From an uncultured Rhodospirillaceae bacterium (lineage in GTDB: Bacteria > Pseudomonadota > Alphaproteobacteria > Rhodospirillales > UBA2165): DNA of 64,000 nt. The notes below the pieces were generated by a model. The model did no database searches and had not been told where the DNA came from. It worked only from the letters and a program-made list of their open reading frames with translations. The stretch's first letter is position 1. Every line of letters starts with the position of its first letter. The stretch lies in NCBI GenBank assembly GCA_913020445.1, contig CAJWAR010000009.1, forward strand, positions 23,605 to 87,604, written 5' to 3'. The position numbers and the translations under genes were made by a program. Shown one piece after another: positions 1 to 9,908 of this stretch.

Positions 1-962
1 TCGGCTGTTACCGGGTTATGGTGCAAAATGAAAAAGAAGTGAACATTTATATGTCACCCGGCAAGCATGGCCGCATTCATCGCGACAAATTCGAAGAACG
101 TGGTGAGCGCATGCCGATTGTCGTCGTTGCCGGTGGCGATCCGATGATTTTCCTCTCGGCCTGTTCCGAGTTACCGCCAGGTGTCTGCGAATATGATGTC
201 GTTGGCGGCATGCGCGGCGAAGCATTGAAAGTCGTCAAAGGTAAACACACCGGTCTGCCTTTCCCGGCCAATGCTGAGATCGTCATTGAAGGTTATATCG
301 AACCCGGTAAAAAAGTTTTGGAAGGCCCGTTCGGTGAGTGGACCGGTTATTACGCCAGTGATATCCGCGAAGAACCCATTATGACCATCGAAGCAATTTA
401 TCACCGCAACGATCCGATTATTCTCGGCTGCCCGCCACAACGACCACCAGATGAGCTTGGTCGTTATCGCGCGGTTACACGATCAGCGTTGATGAAAGAA
501 AATATTCGTCGCGCCGGCGTGCCTGACGTCACTAATGTCTGGGCGCATGAAGTCGGTGGAGCCCGGATGCTGCTCGGAGTCTCTATCAAACAGCGCTATC
601 CCGGCCATGCCCGCCAAGTTGGCCATATTGCTTCGCAATGCCATGTCGGGGCTTATGCCGGTAAATATGTCGTTGTCGTCGATGATGATATCGACGTCTC
701 GAGCTTGGAAGATCTGACCTGGGCAATGTTAACGCGCTCGGAGCCATCAGAATCCATCGATATTATTCCAGAAACCTGGAGCACGCCGTTGGATCCGCGC
801 ATTTCACCGGAAGACAAGGCAAAAGGTAATTTCCGTAATTCTCGAGCCGTGATTGATGCGTGCCGCCCGTATCATTGGCGCGATGAGTTCCCGCTGGTGA
901 ATTCCATGAGTCCGGAACTGGATAAAGAGGCGCGCGAAATGTTCGGCTATTTGTTGGATTAA
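1..962 (+). CDS. UbiD-family (prFMN-dependent) decarboxylase, 5'-truncated by window edge
   Basis: EGPFGEW motif, PANAEIVIEG and VVVVDDDID; the frame stays open upstream of ATG 18 (..GCYRVM), so the gene starts before the window. Confidence 0.9.
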   Translation, partial: GCYRVMVQNEKEVNIYMSPGKHGRIHRDKFEERGERMPIVVVAGGDPMIFLSACSELPPGVCEYDVVGGMRGEALKVVKGKHTGLPFPANAEIVIEGYIEPGKKVLEGPFGEWTGYYASDIREEPIMTIEAIYHRNDPIILGCPPQRPPDELGRYRAVTRSALMKENIRRAGVPDVTNVWAHEVGGARMLLGVSIKQRYPGHARQVGHIASQCHVGAYAGKYVVVVDDDIDVSSLEDLTWAMLTRSEPSESIDIIPETWSTPLDPRISPEDKAKGNFRNSRAVIDACRPYHWRDEFPLVNSMSPELDKEAREMFGYLLD

Positions 963-1115
963 ATAATCGGGGAATACACATAAAAATAGAGGTAGTTATC
1001 CCAATCAACACGAAACACAGTGGAAGACTAAATTAATGACTAAGAAAATAGCGTTCAGAATCCTGATCTGTCGGCTGCGCTGACAGCCTGGCTTGCGCCA
1101 TCAGAGGCCGATCTT

Positions 1116-1523
1116 CTATTCCGCCTCTGGTGTTTTAAACATAATCGTAACCAGATCACCATCTTCAACATTGAGGGCATCTCTCAATCTTTCACCCGAC
1201 ATAATTTCGACTATATTTTCTTTGTGGATATTCACTTCCTCTGCCGGAACCACAACGGCGCCATCATGTCCGCCAATATAGATGGGTAATACCGTTGCGG
1301 CGCAGAACTGCGGATCCGTGGGCAGTAGTTCCACGCCTTTTTTATGTTTGAGTTCATGCATCAATTTTAAATCTTCGGCGATAACCTCGAGATTTAACGT
1401 TCCTGGAAAGGGCTCGAAACCAAGTTTCTCGGCGCATTGCTCCATCACCCAGTCCAATTGGGTGAAGAATGCCGCTTGCCGTGTACCGGGAACAACCTTG
1501 CCCGTTAGCTTCACAATACTCAT
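1116..1523 (-). CDS. Archaeal-type CTP-dependent riboflavin kinase (DUF120/RibK family)
   Basis: LTGKVVPG..AAFF..EKLGFEPFPGTLNL and VEIMSGERLRDALNVEDGD match the RibK pattern; start moved to MSIVKL (CAT 1521-1523) because the upstream extension is IS-derived. Confidence 0.8.
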   Translation of the reverse strand: MSIVKLTGKVVPGTRQAAFFTQLDWVMEQCAEKLGFEPFPGTLNLEVIAEDLKLMHELKHKKGVELLPTDPQFCAATVLPIYIGGHDGAVVVPAEEVNIHKENIVEIMSGERLRDALNVEDGDLVTIMFKTPEAE

Positions 1524-1586
1524 CCTATTTATTCCAAATTTAGGTGCACCCTGTTCAGCAAATATATTGCTAGCGAAGAAATACCC

Positions 1587-1678
1587 TGCTGTAAAACCTC
1601 GACGATATCTTTGAACCATATCTAAACACTCCATCTTGCCAATTAAGATAAAGTGTTGCATCGACCAGTTGAGGTCGC
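1587..1678 (-). mobile_element. IS30-family left-end remnant (terminal repeat, RBS and first ~11 transposase codons)
   Basis: Minus strand reads TCAACTGGTCGATGCAACAC...GATGGAG...ATG-VQRYRRGFTA, resembling IS30-family ends and transposase N-termini (recognised from memory); truncated after ~11 codons. Confidence 0.65.
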
Positions 1679-1764
1679 AGCCAAAAGCGAACATTAACGA
1701 GTTTTATCACCGTGTAAGATGTCGGAGCGATTTTTTCGTAGATCAGAATCAATTCAGCCATATT

Positions 1765-3156
1765 TTAGGCTGCACTGGGACGATATTTTGATTCTTCCAT
1801 CAAACGGTCTGCCGATGCCAAAATATCGCTGCGCAACTTATTATACTTTTTCCCGGAGTAAATTAGTTTGCCATCACGCTTACGAAATTCACCATCAATT
1901 ATGACATTCTCAACATTCGCCCCAGTGGCAAGATCGGTAATTGCGAATACCGGATCGTGAACCGGGAAAAGGTTCGTATCATTGGCACGGAGCATGACGA
2001 TATCAGCTTTCTTACCAGGCGTAAGAGAGCCGAGTTTATCTTCCATGCGAAGCGCCTTAGCGCCGCCGATGGTTGCCCATTCAAGCGCTTCCCGGGAATT
2101 TACCGACATTGTTTTTAACGGATAATTGCCATCAGATCGCGCCTGTTGGCTAATCTGGAAACGCAAGGCAAACAAGGCGCCTCGAATTTCACCGAACATA
2201 TCTTCAGCAACCAGCGTATTGGTATCAGTAGCGATTGAGGGCATCGCCCCCATATCCCGAACCACCCACATCAAGGGATACGCACCGTGGCCATGCATCT
2301 CACACATCACAGTTGACGTCACCGAACAGCCTTGATCAACGACATAGCGAATTTGATCCTCCGGCAGATAACAGCCATGAACAATATTATGGTTGGGGCC
2401 AAGCAGACCCATCTCACCGAGTTTGATATGGGCGTCTTTGACATGTTCGTTTTCGGGCAAATTCTTGTTATAGCCATGCCAGACATGAGCGGTCGATAGG
2501 AGATCGAGCTCTTGGGCGAGTTGCAGGTCCTGCACAGCAACGTCAAAGCTGCCAAAATCCGGCCCCAGGATCGCCATGGCGAGAGTGACCAATCCATCGT
2601 CGCTCGATAGCCTTGTGTTGCGCAGATGTTCCAAACGGTCACGCGGATGGGACACATGGGTGTAAGGTGTTTCACCTTCTGCGGTCGGCGGCTTGGCCGT
2701 GCCATGACCGAAAACTGCGCGAATACCGGCTTCTTCCAGACCATCCACAGCGCGTTCGGCCATTTCCGCGTCCCGCAGATTATGGCACCAATCCAGAATC
2801 GTCGTCGTACCATTATCAATCTGATTGAGCGCCCCCATGACGTTGCCGAGATAGGTATCTTCGGCGGTAAACCGCGTCGCCATATTTGAATGCATGTTTT
2901 TATGGTAGTCGGGACTTACCCACTCGGAACCGATGGATTTCGTGCCGGTTTGCCAGGTATGGAGATGCGCATTGATCAGACCCGGCATCACAATTAAATC
3001 CGAGGCATCTATGGTCTGGTCGGCCTCAACCTCAATATTGACACCGATTTCAACGATCTTATCGCCTTCGATAAGGATCTTTGCGTCCTTTAAATCACCA
3101 ATGGCCGGGTCGACCGAAACAATCCAACCGCAATCGATCAGTAGCCGTTTAACCAT
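1765..3156 (-). CDS. Metal-dependent amidohydrolase (Atz/Trz, deaminase-like)
   Basis: PGLINAHLH metal motif, VHG, IATD, ATIGGAKAL..GSLTPGKKAD. Confidence 0.85.
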   Translation of the reverse strand: MVKRLLIDCGWIVSVDPAIGDLKDAKILIEGDKIVEIGVNIEVEADQTIDASDLIVMPGLINAHLHTWQTGTKSIGSEWVSPDYHKNMHSNMATRFTAEDTYLGNVMGALNQIDNGTTTILDWCHNLRDAEMAERAVDGLEEAGIRAVFGHGTAKPPTAEGETPYTHVSHPRDRLEHLRNTRLSSDDGLVTLAMAILGPDFGSFDVAVQDLQLAQELDLLSTAHVWHGYNKNLPENEHVKDAHIKLGEMGLLGPNHNIVHGCYLPEDQIRYVVDQGCSVTSTVMCEMHGHGAYPLMWVVRDMGAMPSIATDTNTLVAEDMFGEIRGALFALRFQISQQARSDGNYPLKTMSVNSREALEWATIGGAKALRMEDKLGSLTPGKKADIVMLRANDTNLFPVHDPVFAITDLATGANVENVIIDGEFRKRDGKLIYSGKKYNKLRSDILASADRLMEESKYRPSAA

Positions 3157-3330
3157 TTGAAACCCCTTTGGTATTTATCACGCTCAATCCACTTTTGGCT
3201 CCGCTCAAATTGGCAATCTAGACCTTTGTAACATACAATAATTGGCTGGTATTATTGTCGAACAAAGTGATAATTGAATCTCACATCATAGGATGCCGAG
3301 CAAATTACGGAAAATAAAGAAAATTATTGG

Positions 3331-4611
3331 ATGCCGTTTACGGCCAATGCTGGTTTCCATGCCGATCCCCGAATGATCGAGCGCGCCGAAGGCATGTATT
3401 ACTACGCTGCCGATGGCCGCCAAATCCTCGATAGTTGCGCCGGCCTTTATACTCATGCGGCGGGCCATTGCCATCCGGACATTGTCGCCGCAGTCGAAGA
3501 GCAACTCCGCACCCTTGACTATGCGATGGCTTTTCAATTTGGCCATCCGGGTGCATTTGAACTTGCTGAGAAGGTTGCTGAGCTCACGCCGGATAATCTG
3601 AACAAAGTATTTTTCACCAATTCAGGGTCAGAAGCAGTTGAGACCTCGCTCAAAATAGCTCTTGCCTACCATGCGGCGCGCGGGGAGAACCAACGCACGC
3701 GATTTGTCGGCCGGGAAAAAGGCTACCATGGGGTCAATTTCGGTGGCTTGTCGGTTGGCGGTATTGCCCGCAACAAAAATGGCTTTGGCGCGGGTTTGCC
3801 ACATGTCCATCATATGCGTAACGCCTATTTGCCGGAAAGCCGCTTTTCCAAAGGCCAGCCGGAAGCTGGGATGGAATTCGCTGATGATCTCGAACAGATT
3901 GTGCAAACTTATGGCGGTGATACGATTGCCGCCTGCATCGTCGAGCCGATCGCCGGCTCGGCCGGAATTTTTGTGCCGCCGCAAGGGTATCTCCAGCGCC
4001 TGCGCGAAATTTGCGATGCACATGGTATTCTGCTGATTTTTGACGAAGTCATTTGCGGCTTTGGCCGCACCGGCAAAGCCTTTGGTGCGCACTCCTTTGG
4101 CGTCACACCGGATATCATCACCATGGCGAAAGCGCTAACCAATGGCACCATTCCAATGGGCGCCGTGGCCTGTGATATTGCCCTTTATGACGCCATTGCG
4201 GCCGGAAAAGATGACAGAACAATTGAGCTGTTTCACGGCTACACCTATTCAGGTCACCCGGTCGCCTGTGCCGCCGGCATCGCCGCACTCAAAGTTTATC
4301 AAGACGAAAAATTATTCGAGCGCGCCAACACTATGGCGGGCAAATTCTGTGAATTGGTCTTTGGTCTTAATGATCTCAATATTATCCGCGATATCCGCAG
4401 CTACGGCATGTTGGCGGGGATTGATCTGGAACCAGGGGACAAACCGGGTGATCGCGGTTACGAATTGATGCAGGCCTGTTTCGATGAAGGTCTGGTTCTA
4501 AGGACCAGTGGCGATACCTTTGTGCTGGCGCCGGCATTCATCGCCGAGGAAGACCAGCTTGAAGAAATGATCAGCATCATTCGTAAATCACTGTCAAAAT
4601 GGGCGGCATAA
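3331..4611 (+). CDS. Class III PLP aminotransferase (omega-amino acid/beta-alanine:pyruvate type)
   Basis: MPFTAN, FFTNSGSEAVE, GYHG, FDEVICGFGRTG, TMAKALT, HGYTYSGHP; the true start may be slightly upstream. Confidence 0.9.
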   Translation: MPFTANAGFHADPRMIERAEGMYYYAADGRQILDSCAGLYTHAAGHCHPDIVAAVEEQLRTLDYAMAFQFGHPGAFELAEKVAELTPDNLNKVFFTNSGSEAVETSLKIALAYHAARGENQRTRFVGREKGYHGVNFGGLSVGGIARNKNGFGAGLPHVHHMRNAYLPESRFSKGQPEAGMEFADDLEQIVQTYGGDTIAACIVEPIAGSAGIFVPPQGYLQRLREICDAHGILLIFDEVICGFGRTGKAFGAHSFGVTPDIITMAKALTNGTIPMGAVACDIALYDAIAAGKDDRTIELFHGYTYSGHPVACAAGIAALKVYQDEKLFERANTMAGKFCELVFGLNDLNIIRDIRSYGMLAGIDLEPGDKPGDRGYELMQACFDEGLVLRTSGDTFVLAPAFIAEEDQLEEMISIIRKSLSKWAA

Positions 4612-4653
4612 CAAAAGAAACTGAAACCTCAAATAGAATAAAATAGGACTAAG

Positions 4654-5733
4654 ATGCTTCATAACAAATTGGGACTGGTTTCCTATGACGCCGAAAGAGC
4701 CTTTTCCGGCTATACAATATTTTCTCCGATGGGCCGCCCGTCGACTTTTCTAATCGATATGAAAGGCGATGTCGTTCACGAATGGAAATTGCCGGCGATG
4801 GCCGGTAATTATGCCTATCTCTTACCCAACGGCAATTTACTTGCGGCTCAACGGACCAAAGATGGCCCGGCCGATCTCCCCGGCAAAGGCGGCAAGCTCA
4901 TTGAGATGGATTGGGACGGCAATATTCTGTGGGAATTTACCGACCATTTTCAAAATCACGATTTTCACCGCTGTGCCAACGGCAATACGGTTTATGCCGC
5001 CTGGGAAGTGATGCCGGAGGAGGCTGCCGCCCGGGTTCAGGGCGGGCGCGCCGGGACCGAGCATAAAAATGGTATTTATGGCGATGTCGTGCGTGAAATT
5101 GATCCCGAGGGCAAGCTGGTTTGGGAGTGGAGTATTTCGCGTGATGTTGAGATCGAAAAATACCCGCTTTGCGCCATCGAACACCGCAAGGAATTTGGCC
5201 ATATCAATTCAGTCCAGCCATTGGCAAACGGCGATTATCTAATCAGCTGCCGCAACAATCATCTGATTGCCATCATTGATCAGGAAACCAAAGATTTTTC
5301 CTGGTCAATGAGTGACATGGCGCTCGGCCACCAGCATGACGCGACGATGTTGGACAACGGCAATATCCTGGTCTTTGTCAACGGCGCCCATAGTGTCTAT
5401 GGCGGACCAAATTTCGGCTCCCGAATCCACGAAATCGATCCCAAAACCAAAGAGGTCGTCTGGGAATATCGTGGCTCGCCGCCGTATACTTTCCACAGCC
5501 CCTTTATCAGCGGTATGGAACGGCTCGCCAATGGCAATACCTTGATCTGCGAAGGCCAATGGTGGCGCTTATTCGAAGTCACGCCGGACAGCGAAATAGT
5601 CTGGGATTACGTCTCGCCTTATTTCAATGGTAAAGACGTGCCATATGCCGAAGGTAATTTTGCCTTTAGGTGCTATCGCTATGCAGCGGATTCGCCGGAA
5701 ATCGATGGCCGCCTGCCGGCCGACGCCGGTTAG
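4654..5733 (+). CDS. Arylsulfotransferase (ASST)-family beta-propeller protein, no signal peptide
   Basis: NHDF, HINSV, HQHDA, RLANGNTLICEG and repeated VVWEY motifs. Confidence 0.75.
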   Translation: MLHNKLGLVSYDAERAFSGYTIFSPMGRPSTFLIDMKGDVVHEWKLPAMAGNYAYLLPNGNLLAAQRTKDGPADLPGKGGKLIEMDWDGNILWEFTDHFQNHDFHRCANGNTVYAAWEVMPEEAAARVQGGRAGTEHKNGIYGDVVREIDPEGKLVWEWSISRDVEIEKYPLCAIEHRKEFGHINSVQPLANGDYLISCRNNHLIAIIDQETKDFSWSMSDMALGHQHDATMLDNGNILVFVNGAHSVYGGPNFGSRIHEIDPKTKEVVWEYRGSPPYTFHSPFISGMERLANGNTLICEGQWWRLFEVTPDSEIVWDYVSPYFNGKDVPYAEGNFAFRCYRYAADSPEIDGRLPADAG

Positions 5734-5744
5734 AGCACGCGACG

Positions 5745-6233
5745 ATGCTTTGGTTTTGGTCTTTCATCGGCGGTCTCGTCGGCACTGTTTTTATGGATTT
5801 TACGGTTGGCCTATTATCACGAGCCGGAATTTCCAGCGGGCTTGAAGGACTGCTGGGCCGTTGGGTGCTGGGGTTTCCGCACGGTCAATTTTTGATCAAT
5901 GGACACCAAGAACGCCTGACGCCGCCAACGGATATCGAAAAATTTGTTGGCAAATGGTTTCATTTTGTCATTGGCGGCGGTGTTGTGGCGCTCGGCTATC
6001 CCTTGTGGTTTGCCGTATTGGGTAAGGTGATACCGGGCGGCCATTTAGTCGGCGGCATCGTCTACGGTATCGCGACCTTGCCAATGGCCTGGTTTGTGCA
6101 ATATCCGCCCTTTGGCTTTGGCATGTGTGGCCGTAAGGCGCCGGCTACCGCCCAGCCAATTTTAGCAACCGTGCCGATGCATTTGGCTTATGGATTGGGT
6201 CTCGGTCTGGTTTTGCAATTTGCGCCTCAGTAG
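5745..6233 (+). CDS. DUF2938-like membrane protein
   Basis: GLVGTVFMD, GRWV, G.WFHF, MHLAYGLGL; about four hydrophobic segments; ATG 11 bp after the ASST stop. Confidence 0.65.
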   Translation: MLWFWSFIGGLVGTVFMDFTVGLLSRAGISSGLEGLLGRWVLGFPHGQFLINGHQERLTPPTDIEKFVGKWFHFVIGGGVVALGYPLWFAVLGKVIPGGHLVGGIVYGIATLPMAWFVQYPPFGFGMCGRKAPATAQPILATVPMHLAYGLGLGLVLQFAPQ

Positions 6234-6399
6234 AGAAGTTCTCAATGCCGAATGGTTCTCGACAATTAGACAGGCTCAGATCGTCATCAACACCTGGCTG
6301 AAACAGTACAATCACGTCCGACCACATCAGGCGTTAAACATGAGGCCGCCCGTACCTGAAACTCTACAACAAGGTGGTACATAACAAGGGGGCTATACA
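6232..6399 (+). mobile_element. IS3-family transposase 3' remnant with right terminal repeat
   Basis: REVLNAEWF..AQIVINTWLKQYNHVRPHQALNMRPP is an integrase-core C-terminus; ends in GGGGGCTATACA (CA terminus). Confidence 0.8.
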
Positions 6400-6437
6400 A
6401 CAGCTTTAAAGCTTCCACGTTCCAAAGGATTTTGTAA

Positions 6438-6513
6438 TGGTGCCCAGGGGCGGATTTGAACCACCGACACGAGGATTTTCAGTCCACTGCTCTACCAACT
6501 GAGCTACCTGGGC
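6438..6513 (-). tRNA. tRNA-Phe (GAA)
   Basis: GCCCAGGTAGCTCAGTTGGTAGAGCAGTGGACTGAAAATCCTCGTGTCGGTGGTTCAAATCCGCCCCTGGGCACCA: 76 nt cloverleaf, anticodon GAA, encoded CCA. Confidence 0.97.
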
Positions 6514-6615
6514 ATATTTGTCAGACAGATTGTATGAAAGTCACCTGTGTGAGACGCGCTTATAGGAAAAAAGCCGGGCTCTGTCCAGCCCTCAAAACCG
6601 AGAAACAAGCAGAGT

Positions 6616-7842
6616 CTACGATGTTTTTGGCGGAAAGTTATGGGCCACATAATCATCAATGATTTGTTTGAACTCGGCGGCAATATTTTCACCCCGCAGC
6701 GTCATTTTCTTTTCGCCATCGATGAAGACAGGGGCTGCCGGTTGTTCGCCAGTGCCCGGCAGGCTGATGCCGATATTGGCATGTTTACTCTCGCCGGGAC
6801 CATTGACGATGCAGCCCATCACGGCAACCTGCATATCTTCAACACCGCTATATTGCCTGCCCCATTCCGGCATTTTGTCGCGCACATAGCCTTGAATATC
6901 ATCAGCGAGTTCCTGGAATACTGTACTGGTCGTCCGGCCGCAGCCGGGACAGGCCGCAATTTGCGGCGTGAATGAGCGAATACCCAGTGACTGGAGAATT
7001 TCCTGGGCGACAATGACCTCGCGCGTCCGGTCGCCGCCCGGCTCCGGTGTCAGTGAAATACGAATGGTATCGCCAATCCCTTGTTGCAGCAGGACCGCGA
7101 GCGCGGCCGTTGAGGCAACAATTCCTTTTGATCCCATGCCGGCTTCGGTGAGCCCCAAATGGAGCGCATAATCACATTTGTCCGCCATCATTTGATAGAC
7201 CGCGATTAAATCCTGCACTGCACTTACTTTGCACGACAATATAATGTGGTCACGCGCCAAGCCGATCTCCTCGGCAAGGGCGGCACTTTCCAAGGCCGAC
7301 GCTACCAATGCATCATGCATGACCAGTTGAACATCTTTGGGATCGTCGAGCTTGGCATTATCGTCCATAAAGCGGGCCAGCAAATCCTGATCCAGGCTGC
7401 CCCAATTGACGCCGATGCGCACCGGTTTACCATGTTTGATCGCCTGCTCGATCATCACCGTGAACTGCTGATCTTTTTTGTCCTTGAAGCCGACATTGCC
7501 GGGATTGATGCGGTATTTGGCGAGAGCTTGGGCGCAATCTGGATAGTCGGTCAGCAACGTATGGCCATTGTAGTGAAAGTCACCGACCAGTGGCACATGG
7601 CAGCCCATATCATCCAATTGGGCGCGGATGTTCGCGACTTGCGCGGCCGCCTCTTCGGTATTGACGGTTATGCGGACAAGTTCAGAACCCGCCTCAGCAA
7701 GTGCGGCCACTTGGCCCACCGTGGCTGAGGCATCCGCCGTATCGGTGTTGGTCATGGATTGCACGACGATGGGCGCACCGCCGCCAACAACAATATCGCC
7801 GATTTTTACCGCCACACTTTTATGCCGCTCAATTTGAACCAT
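6616..7842 (-). CDS. ispG: HMBPP synthase (MEP pathway)
   Basis: [48 protein letters not shown]. Confidence 0.96.
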   Translation of the reverse strand: MVQIERHKSVAVKIGDIVVGGGAPIVVQSMTNTDTADASATVGQVAALAEAGSELVRITVNTEEAAAQVANIRAQLDDMGCHVPLVGDFHYNGHTLLTDYPDCAQALAKYRINPGNVGFKDKKDQQFTVMIEQAIKHGKPVRIGVNWGSLDQDLLARFMDDNAKLDDPKDVQLVMHDALVASALESAALAEEIGLARDHIILSCKVSAVQDLIAVYQMMADKCDYALHLGLTEAGMGSKGIVASTAALAVLLQQGIGDTIRISLTPEPGGDRTREVIVAQEILQSLGIRSFTPQIAACPGCGRTTSTVFQELADDIQGYVRDKMPEWGRQYSGVEDMQVAVMGCIVNGPGESKHANIGISLPGTGEQPAAPVFIDGEKKMTLRGENIAAEFKQIIDDYVAHNFPPKTS

Positions 7843-7905
7843 AAGAGACTGTTTATCTTAGCTGGATTGGACTTGCCAGCTTTCTTCTGCGATCATCCCG
7901 CCATT

Positions 7906-8760
7906 ATGATGGATGCAACCAACCCATCTGAGGAAATAAGTTCCGGCAAAGACATCGCTTACGAGAATTTTCCCGTCGGCTCTTGGCTGCTGCCGGCGCA
8001 TCTGCGTCCCCATATTGCGACGTTTTATCACTTTGCCCGTGCCGCCGATGATATTGCCGATTCTGCTGATTTGAGCGCCGAAGACAAGATCACCCGCCTC
8101 GATCAATATCAAAGAGCAATTAACAATGAGCTGACCGGCAACACGGCGCCGGAAAAAGCGGCCCGCATGGCAGATAGTTTAACTGAGACAAAGACAACGC
8201 CCCAGTATTGTGTCGATTTGCTGGCGGCGTTTAAGCAGGATGCGACTAAACACCGCTATCAAAATTGGCCGGAATTGATCAACTATTGCGAATTATCCGC
8301 CGCACCCGTTGGGCGTTATTTACTCGATTTGCACGGGGGATCAAAAGACGGATATGGTCCGTCCGATGCGTTGTGTGTAGCGCTCCAAATCCTCAATCAT
8401 CTGCAGGACTGCCAAGATGACTATCAGACTCTTGACCGAGTATATTTGCCGCTCGAAATATTGGTAAAGCATGGCACCGGGGTTGACGAATTAACCGCAT
8501 CAGCAGCAACAGCATCTTTGCGCCACGTATTCGATGACATCCTGGATCGCGTTGATGAATTGATGCGCGAAGCAGCGCGGCTGCCGGCCGGACTCAATAA
8601 TCGTCGATTGGCGATGGAATCTCAAATCATCATCAACGTAGCCAATCGCCTGAGTCAAAAATTGCGCCACAATGACCCACTTAAAAACCGTGTGGAACTT
8701 TCTAAGCCACAGTATTTATTGTGTTTTGTTTCAGGAGCACTCCAGGCACTGTTCCGATGA
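7906..8760 (+). CDS. hpnC: Hydroxysqualene synthase HpnC
   Basis: YENFPVGSWLLP, FARAADDIAD, YCELSAAPVGR, ALQILNHLQD; start placed at ATG 7906/7909. Confidence 0.92.
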   Translation: MMDATNPSEEISSGKDIAYENFPVGSWLLPAHLRPHIATFYHFARAADDIADSADLSAEDKITRLDQYQRAINNELTGNTAPEKAARMADSLTETKTTPQYCVDLLAAFKQDATKHRYQNWPELINYCELSAAPVGRYLLDLHGGSKDGYGPSDALCVALQILNHLQDCQDDYQTLDRVYLPLEILVKHGTGVDELTASAATASLRHVFDDILDRVDELMREAARLPAGLNNRRLAMESQIIINVANRLSQKLRHNDPLKNRVELSKPQYLLCFVSGALQALFR

Positions 8761-9905
8761 TACTTTTAGCATGTGCCGGGAGTTCACTTTTCATGTGGAT
8801 TGTTCTGGTGTTTTTTCGCGGTGGTTTTTGGCGCGCTGATCAGTGTCTCGCAGCGGTTCTGACACCACTTACCAATCCACCCAATGTCGTCGTCATCATT
8901 CCAGCGCGCAATGAAGAAATGACCATCGGGCGCACCATAAATTCTCTATTAGAGCAAGATTACGCCGGCAATTTTTCAATTATCGTCATTAATGACAATA
9001 GTGAAGACGACACCGTCAATGCAGCCAAAGTCGCCGCTCAAGGGACAGACAATCTCACAATCGTTGACGGAGCAGAATTACCGGTAGGCTGGACCGGCAA
9101 GATGTGGGCTGTCGCCCAAGGCGTAGAAACCGCTAACAATGATTTACCGGAAACCGACTATTATCTTTTGACCGATGCCGACATCTCTCATCATCCTGAG
9201 AACCTCGCTGAACTTATGACCAAAGCAATAGATGAAAAACTGGCGCTGATATCTCTGATGGTTCGATTACGCTCGGAGACTTGGTGGGAACATCTGTTAA
9301 TGCCCGCTTTTGTATTCTTTTTCCAAAAACTGTATCCGTTTCCGTGGGTGAACAACCCGAAGAAAAAAACAGCTGGTGGAGCCGGTGGCTGCATGCTGGT
9401 CAAACGATCAGCCCTCGAAAATGCTGGCGGCATTGAAGCGATCAAAGGCGAGATTATTGACGATTGCGCCTTGGCCGAGCTGCTGAAAAAGTCCGATCCT
9501 ATTTGGCTCGGCCTTACCCGCTCAACGACCAGTCTTCGCGGCTATGAGAAACTGTCAGATATTTGGCCGATGGTCTGCCGGACGGCTTTCGTTCAACTGA
9601 ACCATTCAAGCCTTAAACTGGTCGGCACGGTAATTGGCATGGCGCTTATTTATATCATGCCAATTATTGCGATTTTTATCGGAATTATAAGTCAAGAGAT
9701 TGAACTGCTTGCTCTAGGCTTAGTGGCTTGGGCGCTCATGGCTGTCGCCTATACGCCTACTCTCAGACTATATACGCGCCCAGCCTGGGAAGCCGGTTTA
9801 CTTCCGCTCGCCGCATTGCTTTATACTGCCATGACGCTAGACTCAGCCAGACAGTACTGGACCAATAAGGCGCCAGTTTGGAAAGGGCGCCGGAACGTAA
9901 AATAG
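8757..9905 (+). CDS. hpnB: Hopene-associated GT2 glycosyltransferase HpnB
   Basis: IIPARNEE, GWTGKMWA, LTDADI, FFFQKLYPF, IIDDCALA, WKGR; ATGA overlap with the hpnC stop. Confidence 0.88.
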   Translation: MILLACAGSSLFMWIVLVFFRGGFWRADQCLAAVLTPLTNPPNVVVIIPARNEEMTIGRTINSLLEQDYAGNFSIIVINDNSEDDTVNAAKVAAQGTDNLTIVDGAELPVGWTGKMWAVAQGVETANNDLPETDYYLLTDADISHHPENLAELMTKAIDEKLALISLMVRLRSETWWEHLLMPAFVFFFQKLYPFPWVNNPKKKTAGGAGGCMLVKRSALENAGGIEAIKGEIIDDCALAELLKKSDPIWLGLTRSTTSLRGYEKLSDIWPMVCRTAFVQLNHSSLKLVGTVIGMALIYIMPIIAIFIGIISQEIELLALGLVAWALMAVAYTPTLRLYTRPAWEAGLLPLAALLYTAMTLDSARQYWTNKAPVWKGRRNVK

Positions 9906-9908
9906 ACA

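Noticed and set aside
6456-6692. Short ORFs over the tRNA region
   Set aside because: They overlap tRNA-Phe and the ispG 3' end; not plausible proteins
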